64,000 nt of DNA from Oceanispirochaeta sp. (GCA_963666275.2 CAXXOA010000001.1:2537598-2601597); one strand, 5' to 3'. Positions 17,762 through 27,954 are shown, numbered from the stretch's first letter. A program made the numbers and translations. Notes: generated by a model from the sequence alone, not told the origin.

Positions 17762-19812
17762 GCGGGCCCTTCTCCTCTATTGAGCCATTTATTACATGTT
17801 TTTTCATATGGGATTTTCATATCAGAAAGCCATCGTTCAACATATTTCGGATCATGGCTGTTGGGCGTGGGATTTACATGATCAATATGCACTTGAATAG
17901 GCGTTCTAACACAATCTCCGGTAATAATGGCATTCTGTTGCGGAATGATCGCCAGCTGATCAAGGATGTCCGCACTGGCGCTTGAAACCAAACCTTTCAC
18001 ATATTTTTGATCATCAGGGTTTTGTAATCTGTGTATTATAAATGAATTACATTGGGATAAAACCGTTTTTGACAATTCCGAAGGACGCTGACTGCAAACA
18101 ATAAGAGAAATCCCATATTTACGACCTTCCCTGGCAATTCTTTCGAAAACTTTTTTCGCTACAGATTCAGAGTTTTCGGCAATATAATTCTGAGCTTCTT
18201 CCAGTACTATAACAATGGGATATTGACCCCTCTCTTCCTGCATAAAATGAGAGACAAATTCAATGATGATTCTGCCGATTAATGCTGTAACAGTTTCCAA
18301 TACTTCATAGGGCAATTCCGATACATCTATGATTGAAATCTGATGAGTTCTCCCTTTATCATGAACTATTTCATTTTCATTATAGTCTTTTATGAAACTG
18401 TTTTTAGATTCTGATTTAAAAAGCCGGTTAAAATCTCCCAATAGGAAAGCAATAAAATGAGCCAAAATATCTTTATTATTAGCATTGTTATCTTTCAACA
18501 TCAAAGGAATCGCCATCCGTTTGTCATTGAGAAAACTGTTCATCCTCAAACGTAATGTAGAAAGAAATTCAGAAATACGATTATTACTCCTTCCCTCTTG
18601 CTCAATTGCAGCTTCAATAAACTTGGTACATAATTCCTGATAGCTAAACCACAATGGCAAATCAATATTTTGTTCACTCGCGATTTGTTCCTGTTCAATT
18701 TTCACCTGGTTTTTCTTAATAAAACTGATCATAGCAGTTATTTGCTCAGGAGTAGGACAAGGTGCATTTCTTACAAAACTTAAATTTTGTATCGTTTCAG
18801 GTAACTTATGTTTGAAAGAATTATATGAATTTGCTAATGACTGTGCTTTCCACCAATCGCCAGATCTCGCAATTGTTGATAATGTATTTAGATGCTCTAA
18901 TTCTAATATATCCAATTCAGGATCTTCAGTTGTTGAATCTTCATGTTGATAATTTTTTGCTAAACCTATGGCTCTATTCAAAACAGGAGCTTGGGTTCCT
19001 TCACTAGGATGAAGAAGATGAGAAAAGTCATTCCAGTTCATAAACCAATAGGGTATCTTGACCTCTTCATCCCCTCCATAATAATAGGCATTTATTTGTT
19101 GTAGTTCTTCCTTATTATTGGGATTAAGACTCTCAATATTCTCAGGTAAAAAAGCTTCTTTATATTCACCATTAGTATCAAAAATGACAAAGTGTGCATT
19201 CTGGAGTTGTTTATCCCCATATGGATACCTAAAGAGGTTCCGAATGATGGATGTGAATGTACAGGATTTCCCGGAACCGGTATTGCCGAGTATAGCGGCA
19301 TGTTTTACAAAAAATTGGTCGGGACAGATTTTCACTTTGTAATTTGAAAAAATAGGTGACGTCCCTACAGGAAGGAAATAATCCTTTTGATAATCAATAT
19401 TTTCTGTATCAACCTTATCATCGAAGATTAGTTTCAGATCCTTTTCTGTTACATACCAGACAGGGTTATCCAAAGCGGGAAAGTTATAGACACCTTGAAT
19501 AAACTTTTCCTGACTGGAATCTTTTGTAATTGTTCCCAGCATGGTGGCAGAAATATAACGGGCAGAACTGGGCAAGGTAATACTTGAAGATTTGGTTTCA
19601 AACTCCAGTTCCTCTTTCATAGTGATCCTGGTTATTAGAGCGACGACCCGGTCTGCCCCTACTGGAATTATCAAATAGGAATTGATTCTGGCTATTTCAT
19701 AAATATCATGTATTCCGTTGGTATAGGGGCCATTATGTTCATCATCAATTTTTATATACACCCGGAAATTATCAACCGACAGGACTTTTCCAATGACTCT
19801 ATTGTTTGTCAT
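17758..19812 (-). CDS. herA: HerA/FtsK-like ATPase (DUF87) of a Sir2-HerA system
   Basis: N-terminal HAS barrel (IGKVLSV), GNTGSGKS, IFDTNGEY, VLEEAQNY, REGRKYG and SQRPSEL. Start MTNNRV. Confidence 0.92.
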   Translation of the reverse strand: MTNNRVIGKVLSVDNFRVYIKIDDEHNGPYTNGIHDIYEIARINSYLIIPVGADRVVALITRITMKEELEFETKSSSITLPSSARYISATMLGTITKDSSQEKFIQGVYNFPALDNPVWYVTEKDLKLIFDDKVDTENIDYQKDYFLPVGTSPIFSNYKVKICPDQFFVKHAAILGNTGSGKSCTFTSIIRNLFRYPYGDKQLQNAHFVIFDTNGEYKEAFLPENIESLNPNNKEELQQINAYYYGGDEEVKIPYWFMNWNDFSHLLHPSEGTQAPVLNRAIGLAKNYQHEDSTTEDPELDILELEHLNTLSTIARSGDWWKAQSLANSYNSFKHKLPETIQNLSFVRNAPCPTPEQITAMISFIKKNQVKIEQEQIASEQNIDLPLWFSYQELCTKFIEAAIEQEGRSNNRISEFLSTLRLRMNSFLNDKRMAIPLMLKDNNANNKDILAHFIAFLLGDFNRLFKSESKNSFIKDYNENEIVHDKGRTHQISIIDVSELPYEVLETVTALIGRIIIEFVSHFMQEERGQYPIVIVLEEAQNYIAENSESVAKKVFERIAREGRKYGISLIVCSQRPSELSKTVLSQCNSFIIHRLQNPDDQKYVKGLVSSASADILDQLAIIPQQNAIITGDCVRTPIQVHIDHVNPTPNSHDPKYVERWLSDMKIPYEKTCNKWLNRGEGPA

Positions 19813-20971
19813 CAGTTTTTCCTTTTCCGTCTGGATAGAGTTTCTGAAGAGTTTCATGAACCATTTGATTCTCTTCCTCTTCATAAAGATCAGGAAGAAT
19901 ATTTTCTACAAAACTGGTAAATGTTGATTTATTCAGGTCATCCTGATCAAGAATTATGATCCTTTTATCATCTAATGCTCGGAATTTCTCAATTTGAGAT
20001 TCGGGATCTATTGTTTCCGCATAATTCACTATAATAAGAGTAAATGATGGAATAGAGAGGGCCTGGTTAATAATATCGTTGATATGCTCATCATAAAAAG
20101 AGTAACCAATACACAACAGAACCGATTGGGGTTTGTTTATTGCCTGGGCAAATTGCCGAAACAGTTCAGAATAGGGTAAATCCAAAGTAAATGTTTTTTT
20201 ACTGACACAGGGATAAATCATCAGTTCTTTATTTTCAGGAATCTTAAAGTCCTCATTCAGAGGAATCTCTTTAATGCCATATGTATTACTTATGGAAGGA
20301 GTTGTTGAGAGCCAGGACAGGGAACCGTGCAGTTTGTAATATCTTAGAACTTTTTCCGCTCTGTACACCTTCCCGGAGACGCTTTGTCCCGGATAGTACA
20401 AATCATAATCATACACTTCCGGTCGGAAACAGCGGTTGTGAACACCCATAAACCCATTTATGTAGTGGACTCCTAAATTATCCAGAGCATAATCGAAGGC
20501 CATGTCATAGTTTGTTGTAAACAGATTTACCCTGCTGAGATTATTCGGCCTCTGCAGCAGCTTTTTAATAAGCATTTCATGATAATGATAGCGGTTTTGC
20601 TGCAATTTTTGATTGGCCTGATAGGATTCATTAATTGTTGTTTTTTCCGTATTGCATTTCTCAAATAACCAGGTTTGCATTTTGGTAATGGAATCATCAA
20701 TATCTTTTGTAGAATCCCCTTTGTTCTCGTTGATAAATCGATCAGCTTGGAGACAGTTGAATAGATCTTCAAAGGAGGGAGTCAATTCTTCCGGGAAATA
20801 GCGATTTATTTCTTCTATTAAATCATTTTTTAAATCGTCAGGTATTGTGCGGATAACAGGAGCTCCTAGATGAAAACTTGTTCCGGCTCCTGTTAGTATA
20901 TTTACATTTTCAAGGTTAAGGTATTTCTTAATCCGTAATTTCAATTCCGCCAATTCCCGGTCTTCCATCAC
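19799..20971 (-). CDS. SIR2-like (SIR2_2) NADase
   Basis: ILTGAGTS, FTTNYD, KLHGSLSW and IGYSFYDEHIN. Confidence 0.92.
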   Translation of the reverse strand: MMEDRELAELKLRIKKYLNLENVNILTGAGTSFHLGAPVIRTIPDDLKNDLIEEINRYFPEELTPSFEDLFNCLQADRFINENKGDSTKDIDDSITKMQTWLFEKCNTEKTTINESYQANQKLQQNRYHYHEMLIKKLLQRPNNLSRVNLFTTNYDMAFDYALDNLGVHYINGFMGVHNRCFRPEVYDYDLYYPGQSVSGKVYRAEKVLRYYKLHGSLSWLSTTPSISNTYGIKEIPLNEDFKIPENKELMIYPCVSKKTFTLDLPYSELFRQFAQAINKPQSVLLCIGYSFYDEHINDIINQALSIPSFTLIIVNYAETIDPESQIEKFRALDDKRIIILDQDDLNKSTFTSFVENILPDLYEEEENQMVHETLQKLYPDGKGKTDDKQ

Positions 20972-22161
20972 AACTCTCCGTGAAAAGCTTTTTGTAGAAT
21001 GGAGTTTTTTAGATTTTCCAAACTGTCTATTTTTTTCTGATATTTCGATATTAATATCTTCTGCTTATTCTTTAACTCTTTAATATCTTTAGCGATTATC
21101 TCCTGTTCTCTAAGTGATGGGAAATTAATAATATACTCTTTTAATTTTGAAGCACTGATATTAGCTTGGTTTACACTTGAAGACATTACTGAATACCCAT
21201 AATCTCTAATCTTTTGAGAATTAAGAAAATAGTTCAAAAAATAACCGTTTAAGATATTTCTTTTATATTTTACATTGATTAAATATCCAGCATAAATAGC
21301 TGGTTTAAATCCTTTATATATAGCAGTTTTCCCAACTAACTCAGGACTATTAGTGCGATTAAATAGGACATCATCTTTTTCCAGTTTGAATTTATCAATT
21401 TCATTTATATTATTAGTATACTTTAAGTCTACCCATTCAATCTGGCAATCCTGTATGTTTCCCATTCTTAAGACAGCCACTTCACCAGAAGTTTCCGATT
21501 TGGATGAAGTTCCATATTGCATTTTTTCACAAACCTCCCCCAACCTCTTCTCTTCCCACCCCTCACCTTTCTGCGAAAAGATCTCATTCAACTTACTCTG
21601 AAACAACTCTTTGGCGTTTTCAATATTCCGTTCAATATTGGCTTTAGCCCGGTCTATAGCAGCAAAGGCTTTATCAAGTTTGGCAACAATTTGTTTTTGT
21701 TCTGAAATGGGAGGAATAAAAATAGGAATTTTTCTTAATAATTTTGATTTTATCCCAATAACTGTTGCGCCTGTTCCATTCGATAGAATTCTAGTTCTTA
21801 CTTCTGGTGATAGAAGCATGTATTTAAGAAAATCTTGGCTTATCTTTCCACTATCAGGTTGCATAACAATGATTCTCTGGGCGAATGCAACTTTCTCTTC
21901 ATTAGGTATCTGTGCAACATTTGCTAATGGAGCTTCTGTTGTAAAAATAACATCCCCCTTATTTGGAATACCTCGTGACATCCAGGTTTCATAATTATCT
22001 TCAGCAATAAATTCTTGGGGTTCGATTTCTAAATATCCCAATTTCACATTCTTTGCCGTGATCAGTCTTACTCCTGAGGCTGTCTTTTCAGGAGTTCGAC
22101 CTCGATAATCTATTAGATTTATATATCTCTCTAATTCAACTTCTTCCCACCCTTCTCTCAT
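20968..22161 (-). CDS. hsdS: Type I R-M specificity subunit
   Basis: Two TRDs separated by PPISEQKQIV...ELFQSKLNEIF, a second PSLREQE repeat, and SILQKAFHGEL. Confidence 0.95.
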   Translation of the reverse strand: MREGWEEVELERYINLIDYRGRTPEKTASGVRLITAKNVKLGYLEIEPQEFIAEDNYETWMSRGIPNKGDVIFTTEAPLANVAQIPNEEKVAFAQRIIVMQPDSGKISQDFLKYMLLSPEVRTRILSNGTGATVIGIKSKLLRKIPIFIPPISEQKQIVAKLDKAFAAIDRAKANIERNIENAKELFQSKLNEIFSQKGEGWEEKRLGEVCEKMQYGTSSKSETSGEVAVLRMGNIQDCQIEWVDLKYTNNINEIDKFKLEKDDVLFNRTNSPELVGKTAIYKGFKPAIYAGYLINVKYKRNILNGYFLNYFLNSQKIRDYGYSVMSSSVNQANISASKLKEYIINFPSLREQEIIAKDIKELKNKQKILISKYQKKIDSLENLKNSILQKAFHGEL

Positions 22162-23615
22162 ATCAACTCCCGAATAGAATCAATAATCGAAGCAGTTTCA
22201 GCATCCAAAGCCGCCATCTCATCCAAAATCTCTTTCGGAGACCGTAAAGGCTCCTCTTCCGGAGTATTAGGATTCTTCACAGAAAGATCACACGTAGCCT
22301 CATCCACATCAGCCACTTTTAGATTCCAGCTCTTCTCCGTTTCCGGTTTGGAAGCCTGCAGCTGAACAAACTCTTCCATATCCTGATCATTCAAAGGATT
22401 GGTTTTCCCCAAACTCCGCCCCGGATCCAGCTGGTAAAACCAAATATTCTTTGTAGGTTCCCCTTTTTGAAAAAACAGGACCACCGTTTTTACACCGGCC
22501 CCTAAAAAAGTCTTCTGCGGCATATCCAGTACTGTATGGAGGTTGCAGCTTTCCAACAGATGCTTACGTAAACTCACGCTGGCATTGTCGGTATTGCTTA
22601 AAAAGGTATTTTTGATAACGATGGCCGCCCTGCCCCCGGTTTTTAGACTCTTGATAAAATGCTGTAAAAACAGAAAAGCCGTCTCTCCAGTTTTGATATC
22701 GAAGTTCTGCTGAACCTCTTTCCGTTCTTTCCCACCGAAAGGAGGATTGGCCAAAATCACATGGAAACGGTTTTTCTCCTGAATATCCCGGATGCTTTCA
22801 CCCAATGTATTGGTATGAATCAAATTGGGAGCTTCAATCCCATGGAGAATCATATTCATCGTACCGATCACATAAGCAAGATTCTTTTTCTCTTTACCGT
22901 AAAAAGTATCTTCCTGTAAAGTTTTCAGATTAGTTGTACTCTTTTCCATCCGTTCATACATATACTCAAAGGCTTCGCATAGGAACCCGCAAGACCCGGC
23001 GGCCCCATCGTAAACTTTCTCGCCGATCTGGGGATCAATCACCTGAATCATGGCACGGATCAAAGGACGGGGCGTATAGTACTGCCCGCCGTTCCGCCCG
23101 GCATTTCCCATATTTTTGATTTTCGTTTCATACAGGTGACTCAATTCATGCTTTTCTTTTTGGGTCTGGAACTCCAAATCATCAATATATTCCAAAATCT
23201 CCCGCAGGTTATAACCGCTTTGAATCCGGTTTTTAAGCTCCGAAAAAATCTCTCCAATTTTGTATTCGATTGTTTTAGGATTCTCAGCTGCTTTTTGTTT
23301 AAACTCAGCAAGATAGGGAAAGAGTTTCATATCCACAAACTGGACCAGGTCGGGACCGGTTAAAGCTACATGATGATCAATTTGTCCATTGTCCCCTTTC
23401 GGCATAGCCCAGTTGGGCCAACGAAACTCTTCATCAAGAATGAACTTGTACTCTTCCCCGCGCAGTTCTGCTTCATCCGCCTTTATTTGCTCCAGTTCAT
23501 CCAGGTATCTGAGGAATAAAATCCAGGAAGTTTGGCCGATATAGTCCAGTTCGCTATCGGCTCCGGCATCCTTAAAGAGGATATCATCTATATTTTTAAA
23601 TGTTTGTTCAAACAT
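22158..23615 (-). CDS. hsdM: Type I R-M N6-adenine methyltransferase
   Basis: GQYYTPR, DGAAGSCGF motif I and NPPF motif IV. Start MFEQTFKNID. Confidence 0.95.
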   Translation of the reverse strand: MFEQTFKNIDDILFKDAGADSELDYIGQTSWILFLRYLDELEQIKADEAELRGEEYKFILDEEFRWPNWAMPKGDNGQIDHHVALTGPDLVQFVDMKLFPYLAEFKQKAAENPKTIEYKIGEIFSELKNRIQSGYNLREILEYIDDLEFQTQKEKHELSHLYETKIKNMGNAGRNGGQYYTPRPLIRAMIQVIDPQIGEKVYDGAAGSCGFLCEAFEYMYERMEKSTTNLKTLQEDTFYGKEKKNLAYVIGTMNMILHGIEAPNLIHTNTLGESIRDIQEKNRFHVILANPPFGGKERKEVQQNFDIKTGETAFLFLQHFIKSLKTGGRAAIVIKNTFLSNTDNASVSLRKHLLESCNLHTVLDMPQKTFLGAGVKTVVLFFQKGEPTKNIWFYQLDPGRSLGKTNPLNDQDMEEFVQLQASKPETEKSWNLKVADVDEATCDLSVKNPNTPEEEPLRSPKEILDEMAALDAETASIIDSIRELI

Positions 23616-23903
23616 GTTGCTTCCTTGCTGTTTTTTTAATTTCTCAATAAGAGTCTTAACTATTGTATCAAAAGATACAAAAAATGACATAGAAATATTC
23701 TCACTCCAATTCTTCAATAATCCCATAAGAAGCAATAATTCCATTCTTGAAGGAGCAAAAACAGACCTGGAACTGTTTGACCTTCTGGGGCGATACATAA
23801 CAGGCCTCCTCTCCTACAAGGGAGTGGAAAAAAACAGAATAGAAGAATATATTAATAGGAAAATGAACAATCCTGACCCCAACAAAAAAGAAGTAAACTC
23901 CCC

Positions 23904-24500
23904 ATGCAAAACATAATATTCGACCTGGGCAACGTCCTGATCAACTACAATCCCCGGGAATACCTGAAACAGCAGAACCTTACTCCCGAAGAAACAGACT
24001 TTCTGATGAAAGAACTCTACGGCAGCCCCGAATGGGTCGAACTGGACCTGGGAACCATCACCAGGCAGGAAGCCCTGAAAGCCATCACCGAGCGCCATGT
24101 AAACCGGAAGGACCTGATCCTCCAGTACGCCCGATTCGAAGACCTCCTGACCCCTATAGAAGAAAATATAGCAATCTACCTGGCACTGGTAGAAAAGGGA
24201 TACCCCACCTACTACCTGAGCAACTACCACAAAGAAGCCTTCGAAAACGCCCGCACCAGCCACCCCTTCTTCAAACACTTCCGGGGAGGCATCGTCTCGG
24301 CCTATGTAAACGCCGTAAAACCCGGCCGGGAAATCTACCGGATCCTCCTGGACACCTACAACCTGAATCCCGCAGACTGTCTCTTCATAGACGACACCAA
24401 GGCCAACACCCAAACCGCCGCCGCCCTGGACTTCCAAACCCTCCACCTCCCCACCCCGAAAGACCTATCCCCCCAACTAAAATCCCTAAACCTAATATAA
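23904..24500 (+). CDS. HAD family phosphatase
   Basis: IFDLGNV, LSN, KP and FIDD. Confidence 0.92.
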   Translation: MQNIIFDLGNVLINYNPREYLKQQNLTPEETDFLMKELYGSPEWVELDLGTITRQEALKAITERHVNRKDLILQYARFEDLLTPIEENIAIYLALVEKGYPTYYLSNYHKEAFENARTSHPFFKHFRGGIVSAYVNAVKPGREIYRILLDTYNLNPADCLFIDDTKANTQTAAALDFQTLHLPTPKDLSPQLKSLNLI

Positions 24501-24508
24501 AAACATAA

Positions 24509-24861
24509 CCCCTCGCCTCATGGGCTGGTCGGAAGCAGGCTTCCTGCTCGCCTATGCAACCAGAGGAGAGGGGATTAAGGGGAGAGCGGTGGAAAACCAT
24601 ATTCCCCTGGTCCCTGAGCAGAGGACTCCACTGAGCGTAGTCGAAGTGCCGAAGGGGGTCAGGGGGAGGCCGAACCCCCAAAACACTGAATACAACCAAA
24701 ACAATTAACCAAACAAATAATCTTAACCTGAAAAAAACATTCCCCCCTCGCCCTCTGGGAGAGGGGCCGGGGGAGAGGGTTGGTGAGCCTCATGGGCTGG
24801 TCGGAAGCAAGCTTCCTGCTCGCCTATGCGACCAGAGGAGAGGGGCCGGGGGAGAGGGTTG
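24509..24861. repeat. Cluster of REP-like hairpin elements
   Basis: Two 59-bp copies (24515-24573 and 24787-24845, 57/59 identical), a CCCCTCGCCCTCTGGGAGAGGGGCCGGGGGAGAGGG unit near 24744-24780, and a CTGAGC..CGAAG composite at 24611-24658. Confidence 0.85.
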
Positions 24862-24899
24862 AAAAGAAGTTAAACTCCCAGAGTAAGCAACTTTCCCCC

Positions 24900-24927
24900 T
24901 TGACAAAAAACTAACGAATGTTAGTAT
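24900..24927 (+). promoter_or_regulatory. sigma70 promoter overlapped by a TetR operator
   Basis: TTGACA-16 bp-TAGTAT, with the palindrome ACTAAC-N4-GTTAGT at 24910-24925. Confidence 0.7.
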
Positions 24928-24934
24928 GTATATT

Positions 24935-25546
24935 GTGAATGAACCCAAAACCACCAAAACCAGAATATTCGAAGCCGCAGTGGAACTCTTTGCCGCCCGG
25001 GGATACCACGGAACCTCTATCCGGGACCTGGCAAAAAAGGTGGGCATCAAGGAAAGTTCCATTTACAACCACTTTCCCGGAAAAGCCGCCATACTGCAGG
25101 CCATTATGGACTATCAGATGGAAGGATTTCAGAACTCCCTGAAGGCCCTGGACAATCTGAAGGCCATGAACCTGGAGTTTACCGACCCCATCGAGTTCTG
25201 GCTGGCCGGAACCGAGGAGTTCCTCAAACATCAGCCCCCCCTGAACGAACCGGTATCCCGGATCATCATCAACGAGATGTTTCTGAACGAACAGTGCCGG
25301 GACTTTGTGGTGAACAAACAGTACAAAGCCCAGAAGGAACTGACCCTGACCATCCTCACAGCCATGAGGGATATGGGGCTCATCCGGGACTGCAATATCA
25401 ACATGGCGGCGCAGCAGTATGTGTACATGATCCAGGGGCTGGAAATGGAAAACAAACTGCTCATGCTCCAGGGACAGTCGGAAAAAGAGAGCATTGCCCG
25501 GCTCATAGAGCATATGCGCTTTTTTATGGATGCCCTGAGGAAATAG
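24935..25546 (+). CDS. TetR/AcrR family regulator
   Basis: TKTRIFEAAVELFAARGYHGTSIRDLAKKVGIKESSIYNHFPGK. Probable GTG start at 24935. Confidence 0.92.
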   Translation: MNEPKTTKTRIFEAAVELFAARGYHGTSIRDLAKKVGIKESSIYNHFPGKAAILQAIMDYQMEGFQNSLKALDNLKAMNLEFTDPIEFWLAGTEEFLKHQPPLNEPVSRIIINEMFLNEQCRDFVVNKQYKAQKELTLTILTAMRDMGLIRDCNINMAAQQYVYMIQGLEMENKLLMLQGQSEKESIARLIEHMRFFMDALRK

Positions 25547-25566
25547 GATTTTTTTTGCTCACAAAC

Positions 25567-25582
25567 ACTAACAAACGTTAGT
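25567..25582. promoter_or_regulatory. Second TetR operator
   Basis: ACTAACAAACGTTAGT has the same half-sites as 24910-24925 and lies just upstream of the hydrolase RBS. Confidence 0.75.
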
Positions 25583-25602
25583 TTCAAAAAAGGAGAACCA
25601 TT

Positions 25603-26583
25603 ATGAAGAAAACCATCGGAGGAGTGATTCTGATAGCCGCAGGGCTGATCACCCTGTCCTGCCGGACAAACAGCAGCACCTCCCCGGCCGACCCATCCCT
25701 CTATAATAATGAAGAGGGACGCCGGATCAGTTACGAAAGCTATGACACCGTGATGAACTGACTATGGCCGGAGAATTATGAAGAGAAGTGGATTCCCGGC
25801 GCCTACGGAGAGACTCACGTGATCCTGCTGGGAGAGGAAACAGCCCCTCCCCTCTTTCTGATCCCCGGGCTTTTTGCGGATGCCACCATGTGGTATGCCA
25901 ATGCGGGCTCCCTCTCGCGCCACTACAGGGTGATTGCCCCGGATATGATCAACTACGGAGGTAAAAGCCGGCCTTCGGAGAAGCAGATAGAAACAGAAGA
26001 GGACTACTTTCGGTGGTTTCAGGGCCTGATGGACGCACTGGGCTATGAGATGGCCGATCTGGCGGGCCTCTCCTACGGCAGCTGGCTGGCTCTGGCCCTG
26101 GCGGAAGCCCATCCCGAACTGGTCAGCTCCCTGGTCCTGCTGGATCCGTCGGAAACCTTTATGAAAATGGACGGCGGCATCGCCTGGAGGGGATTCAGAG
26201 ACTTCGCCTTTTTCCCCAACCGGGACAAATACCGCCGCTTTTTCGACTGGATGGGTGGTGGAGTCTCCGACCCCGAGGCGGACCTGTGGCTGGAACACAT
26301 GCTGGATGTGATCGAATACGGCTCTGTAGGCATGTTTGACATCCCCCAGCACCACATCTATCAGAAAGAAGACCTCACCCATGTGACCATGCCTGTCCTG
26401 ATCCTGGCAGGAGGCAAACCCATAGTCTACAAAGACCCCGGGGAGTTTGCCCGAAACGCCCGGACAGCCTTGCCCCACGCGGAAATCCTCATCATCCCTG
26501 AAACAGGCCACGGCCTGCACACGGAAAAACCCGAAGAAATTAACACCCTGATCCAGAACTTCCTGACCAGCCGAAAACACTAA
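25603..26583 (+). pseudogene. Alpha/beta-hydrolase lipoprotein interrupted by an in-frame TGA (25759-25761)
   Basis: AAGGAG RBS, then ATG 25603 MKKTIGG...LITLS-C (lipobox). The same frame continues past the TGA into the 25819..26583 ORF, which has the GLSYG nucleophile elbow and a GHGL His motif. Confidence 0.8.
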
Positions 26584-26596
26584 TCCCACCACACAG

Positions 26597-26698
26597 CCCC
26601 CCTCTCCCCCGATCCCTGAGCAGAGGACTCCACTGAGCGTAGCCGAAGTGCCGAAGGGGGGGAAAGGGTCGGAAAAGAAGGGGGCCGGGGGGAGGCCC
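26597..26698. repeat. REP-like composite element
   Basis: 26613-26660 is a 47/48 direct copy of 24611-24658, embedded in a CCCCCTCTCCCCC...GGGGCCGGGGGGAGG frame. Confidence 0.85.
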
Positions 26699-26846
26699 AG
26701 CAGCCCCAATTCAGCAAACAAATACAAATATGACAAATAAGTATAAACATAACAATTTTTTCCAGCCTCCTTTGCATGAACCTTCTATATCCAAATCTAA
26801 AAAACCGCAGGATTATATTCTTACGAAGAATTTAGGAGGAAATATT

Positions 26847-27887
26847 ATGAAAAAGATTCTTTCGGCTTTTCTTATTTTGGGACTTCTCAGTGCGGGAATT
26901 TTCGCACAGGGGTCTACCGATTCAACAGGTTCAAAGGATTCTGGTTCTGAAAAAACTGTAGCCGGCATCGTATGGTACAACTACGGCGATACTTTTATCA
27001 CGTCAGCGAGAAATGCAGTGAATGCAGCGGCAGAGTCAGGATCAATCAAATTGCTGTCAACAGATTCTCAAGGGGATATTGCCATACAGGCGAATAATAT
27101 CAATACGCTCCTGGCCAAAAATGTCGATTTCATCTGCATTAATAACATAAGCCCTAACGACAGTGCTTCCATGATCCAGAAAGCAAAAGACAGGGACATT
27201 CCGATTCTTTTTATCAACTGTACCAGCCCCACCGAAGAGGAACTGAATTCCTACGACAAAGCCTACCATATCTCCAGTGCAGCAGAACAGTCCGGATGGA
27301 TCCAGGGAGATGCTGTTTCCGCATACTGGAATACAAATAACAGGGCCGACAGGAACGGAAACGGCAAACTCGATTATGTAATGCTCGTAGGAATGCAGGG
27401 GAACTATGATTCCCAGATGCGCACAGAAAAATCTATTGAAAGAGTTCATGAAAATAATATTAAGACGAACAACTTGCAGGAAATGCTCTGTAACTGGCAG
27501 AGAGGGGACGCTATGAATGCAGTCGCATCGATTCTTGCAGCAAATGGCAATGATATCGATGCCATATTTGCCAACAATGATGATATGGCGCTGGGGGCCA
27601 TAGAAGCTTTAAAAGCATCCGGTTATTTCGGAAATGGTCCCTATATTCCTGTTGTGGGTGTTGATGCCACCAAAGTGGGTGTGCAGGCTATTGAGGATGG
27701 AACCCTTCTTGCCACAAGTCTGAATAATCCTGTGACTCTGGGAAACACCATTTACAAAGTTCTTAGCCTTTTCAATGAAGGCAAACCCATTACATCAGAA
27801 GCAGTCGGTCAGAATGTGACAGGTAAACACATCTGGCTGGATTATGTAGCCATCACAAAAGAAAACATTCAGGATGCTTCATACTGA
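26847..27887 (+). CDS. mglB: Galactose/glucose-type ABC substrate-binding protein (MglB-like)
   Basis: Signal peptide, YNYGDTFI, DRNGNGKLDYVML (Ca-binding loop), ANNDDMALG and VVGVDA. Confidence 0.8.
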   Translation: MKKILSAFLILGLLSAGIFAQGSTDSTGSKDSGSEKTVAGIVWYNYGDTFITSARNAVNAAAESGSIKLLSTDSQGDIAIQANNINTLLAKNVDFICINNISPNDSASMIQKAKDRDIPILFINCTSPTEEELNSYDKAYHISSAAEQSGWIQGDAVSAYWNTNNRADRNGNGKLDYVMLVGMQGNYDSQMRTEKSIERVHENNIKTNNLQEMLCNWQRGDAMNAVASILAANGNDIDAIFANNDDMALGAIEALKASGYFGNGPYIPVVGVDATKVGVQAIEDGTLLATSLNNPVTLGNTIYKVLSLFNEGKPITSEAVGQNVTGKHIWLDYVAITKENIQDASY

Positions 27888-27954
27888 GCAGCAGAAAATT
27901 CTGAAAATTAGGGAGCCTTTCCAAAAGGCTTCCCTATTCACTGAAGGAGAACTT

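Noticed and set aside
20968..22161. Phase-variable (invertible) hsdS
   Set aside because: There is only one hsdS, with no recombinase and no flanking inverted repeats seen.
23614..23916. 100-aa ORF between hsdM and the HAD gene
   Set aside because: No credible start, RBS or motif. It may be a 3' gene remnant at the island junction, but this cannot be supported from the sequence.
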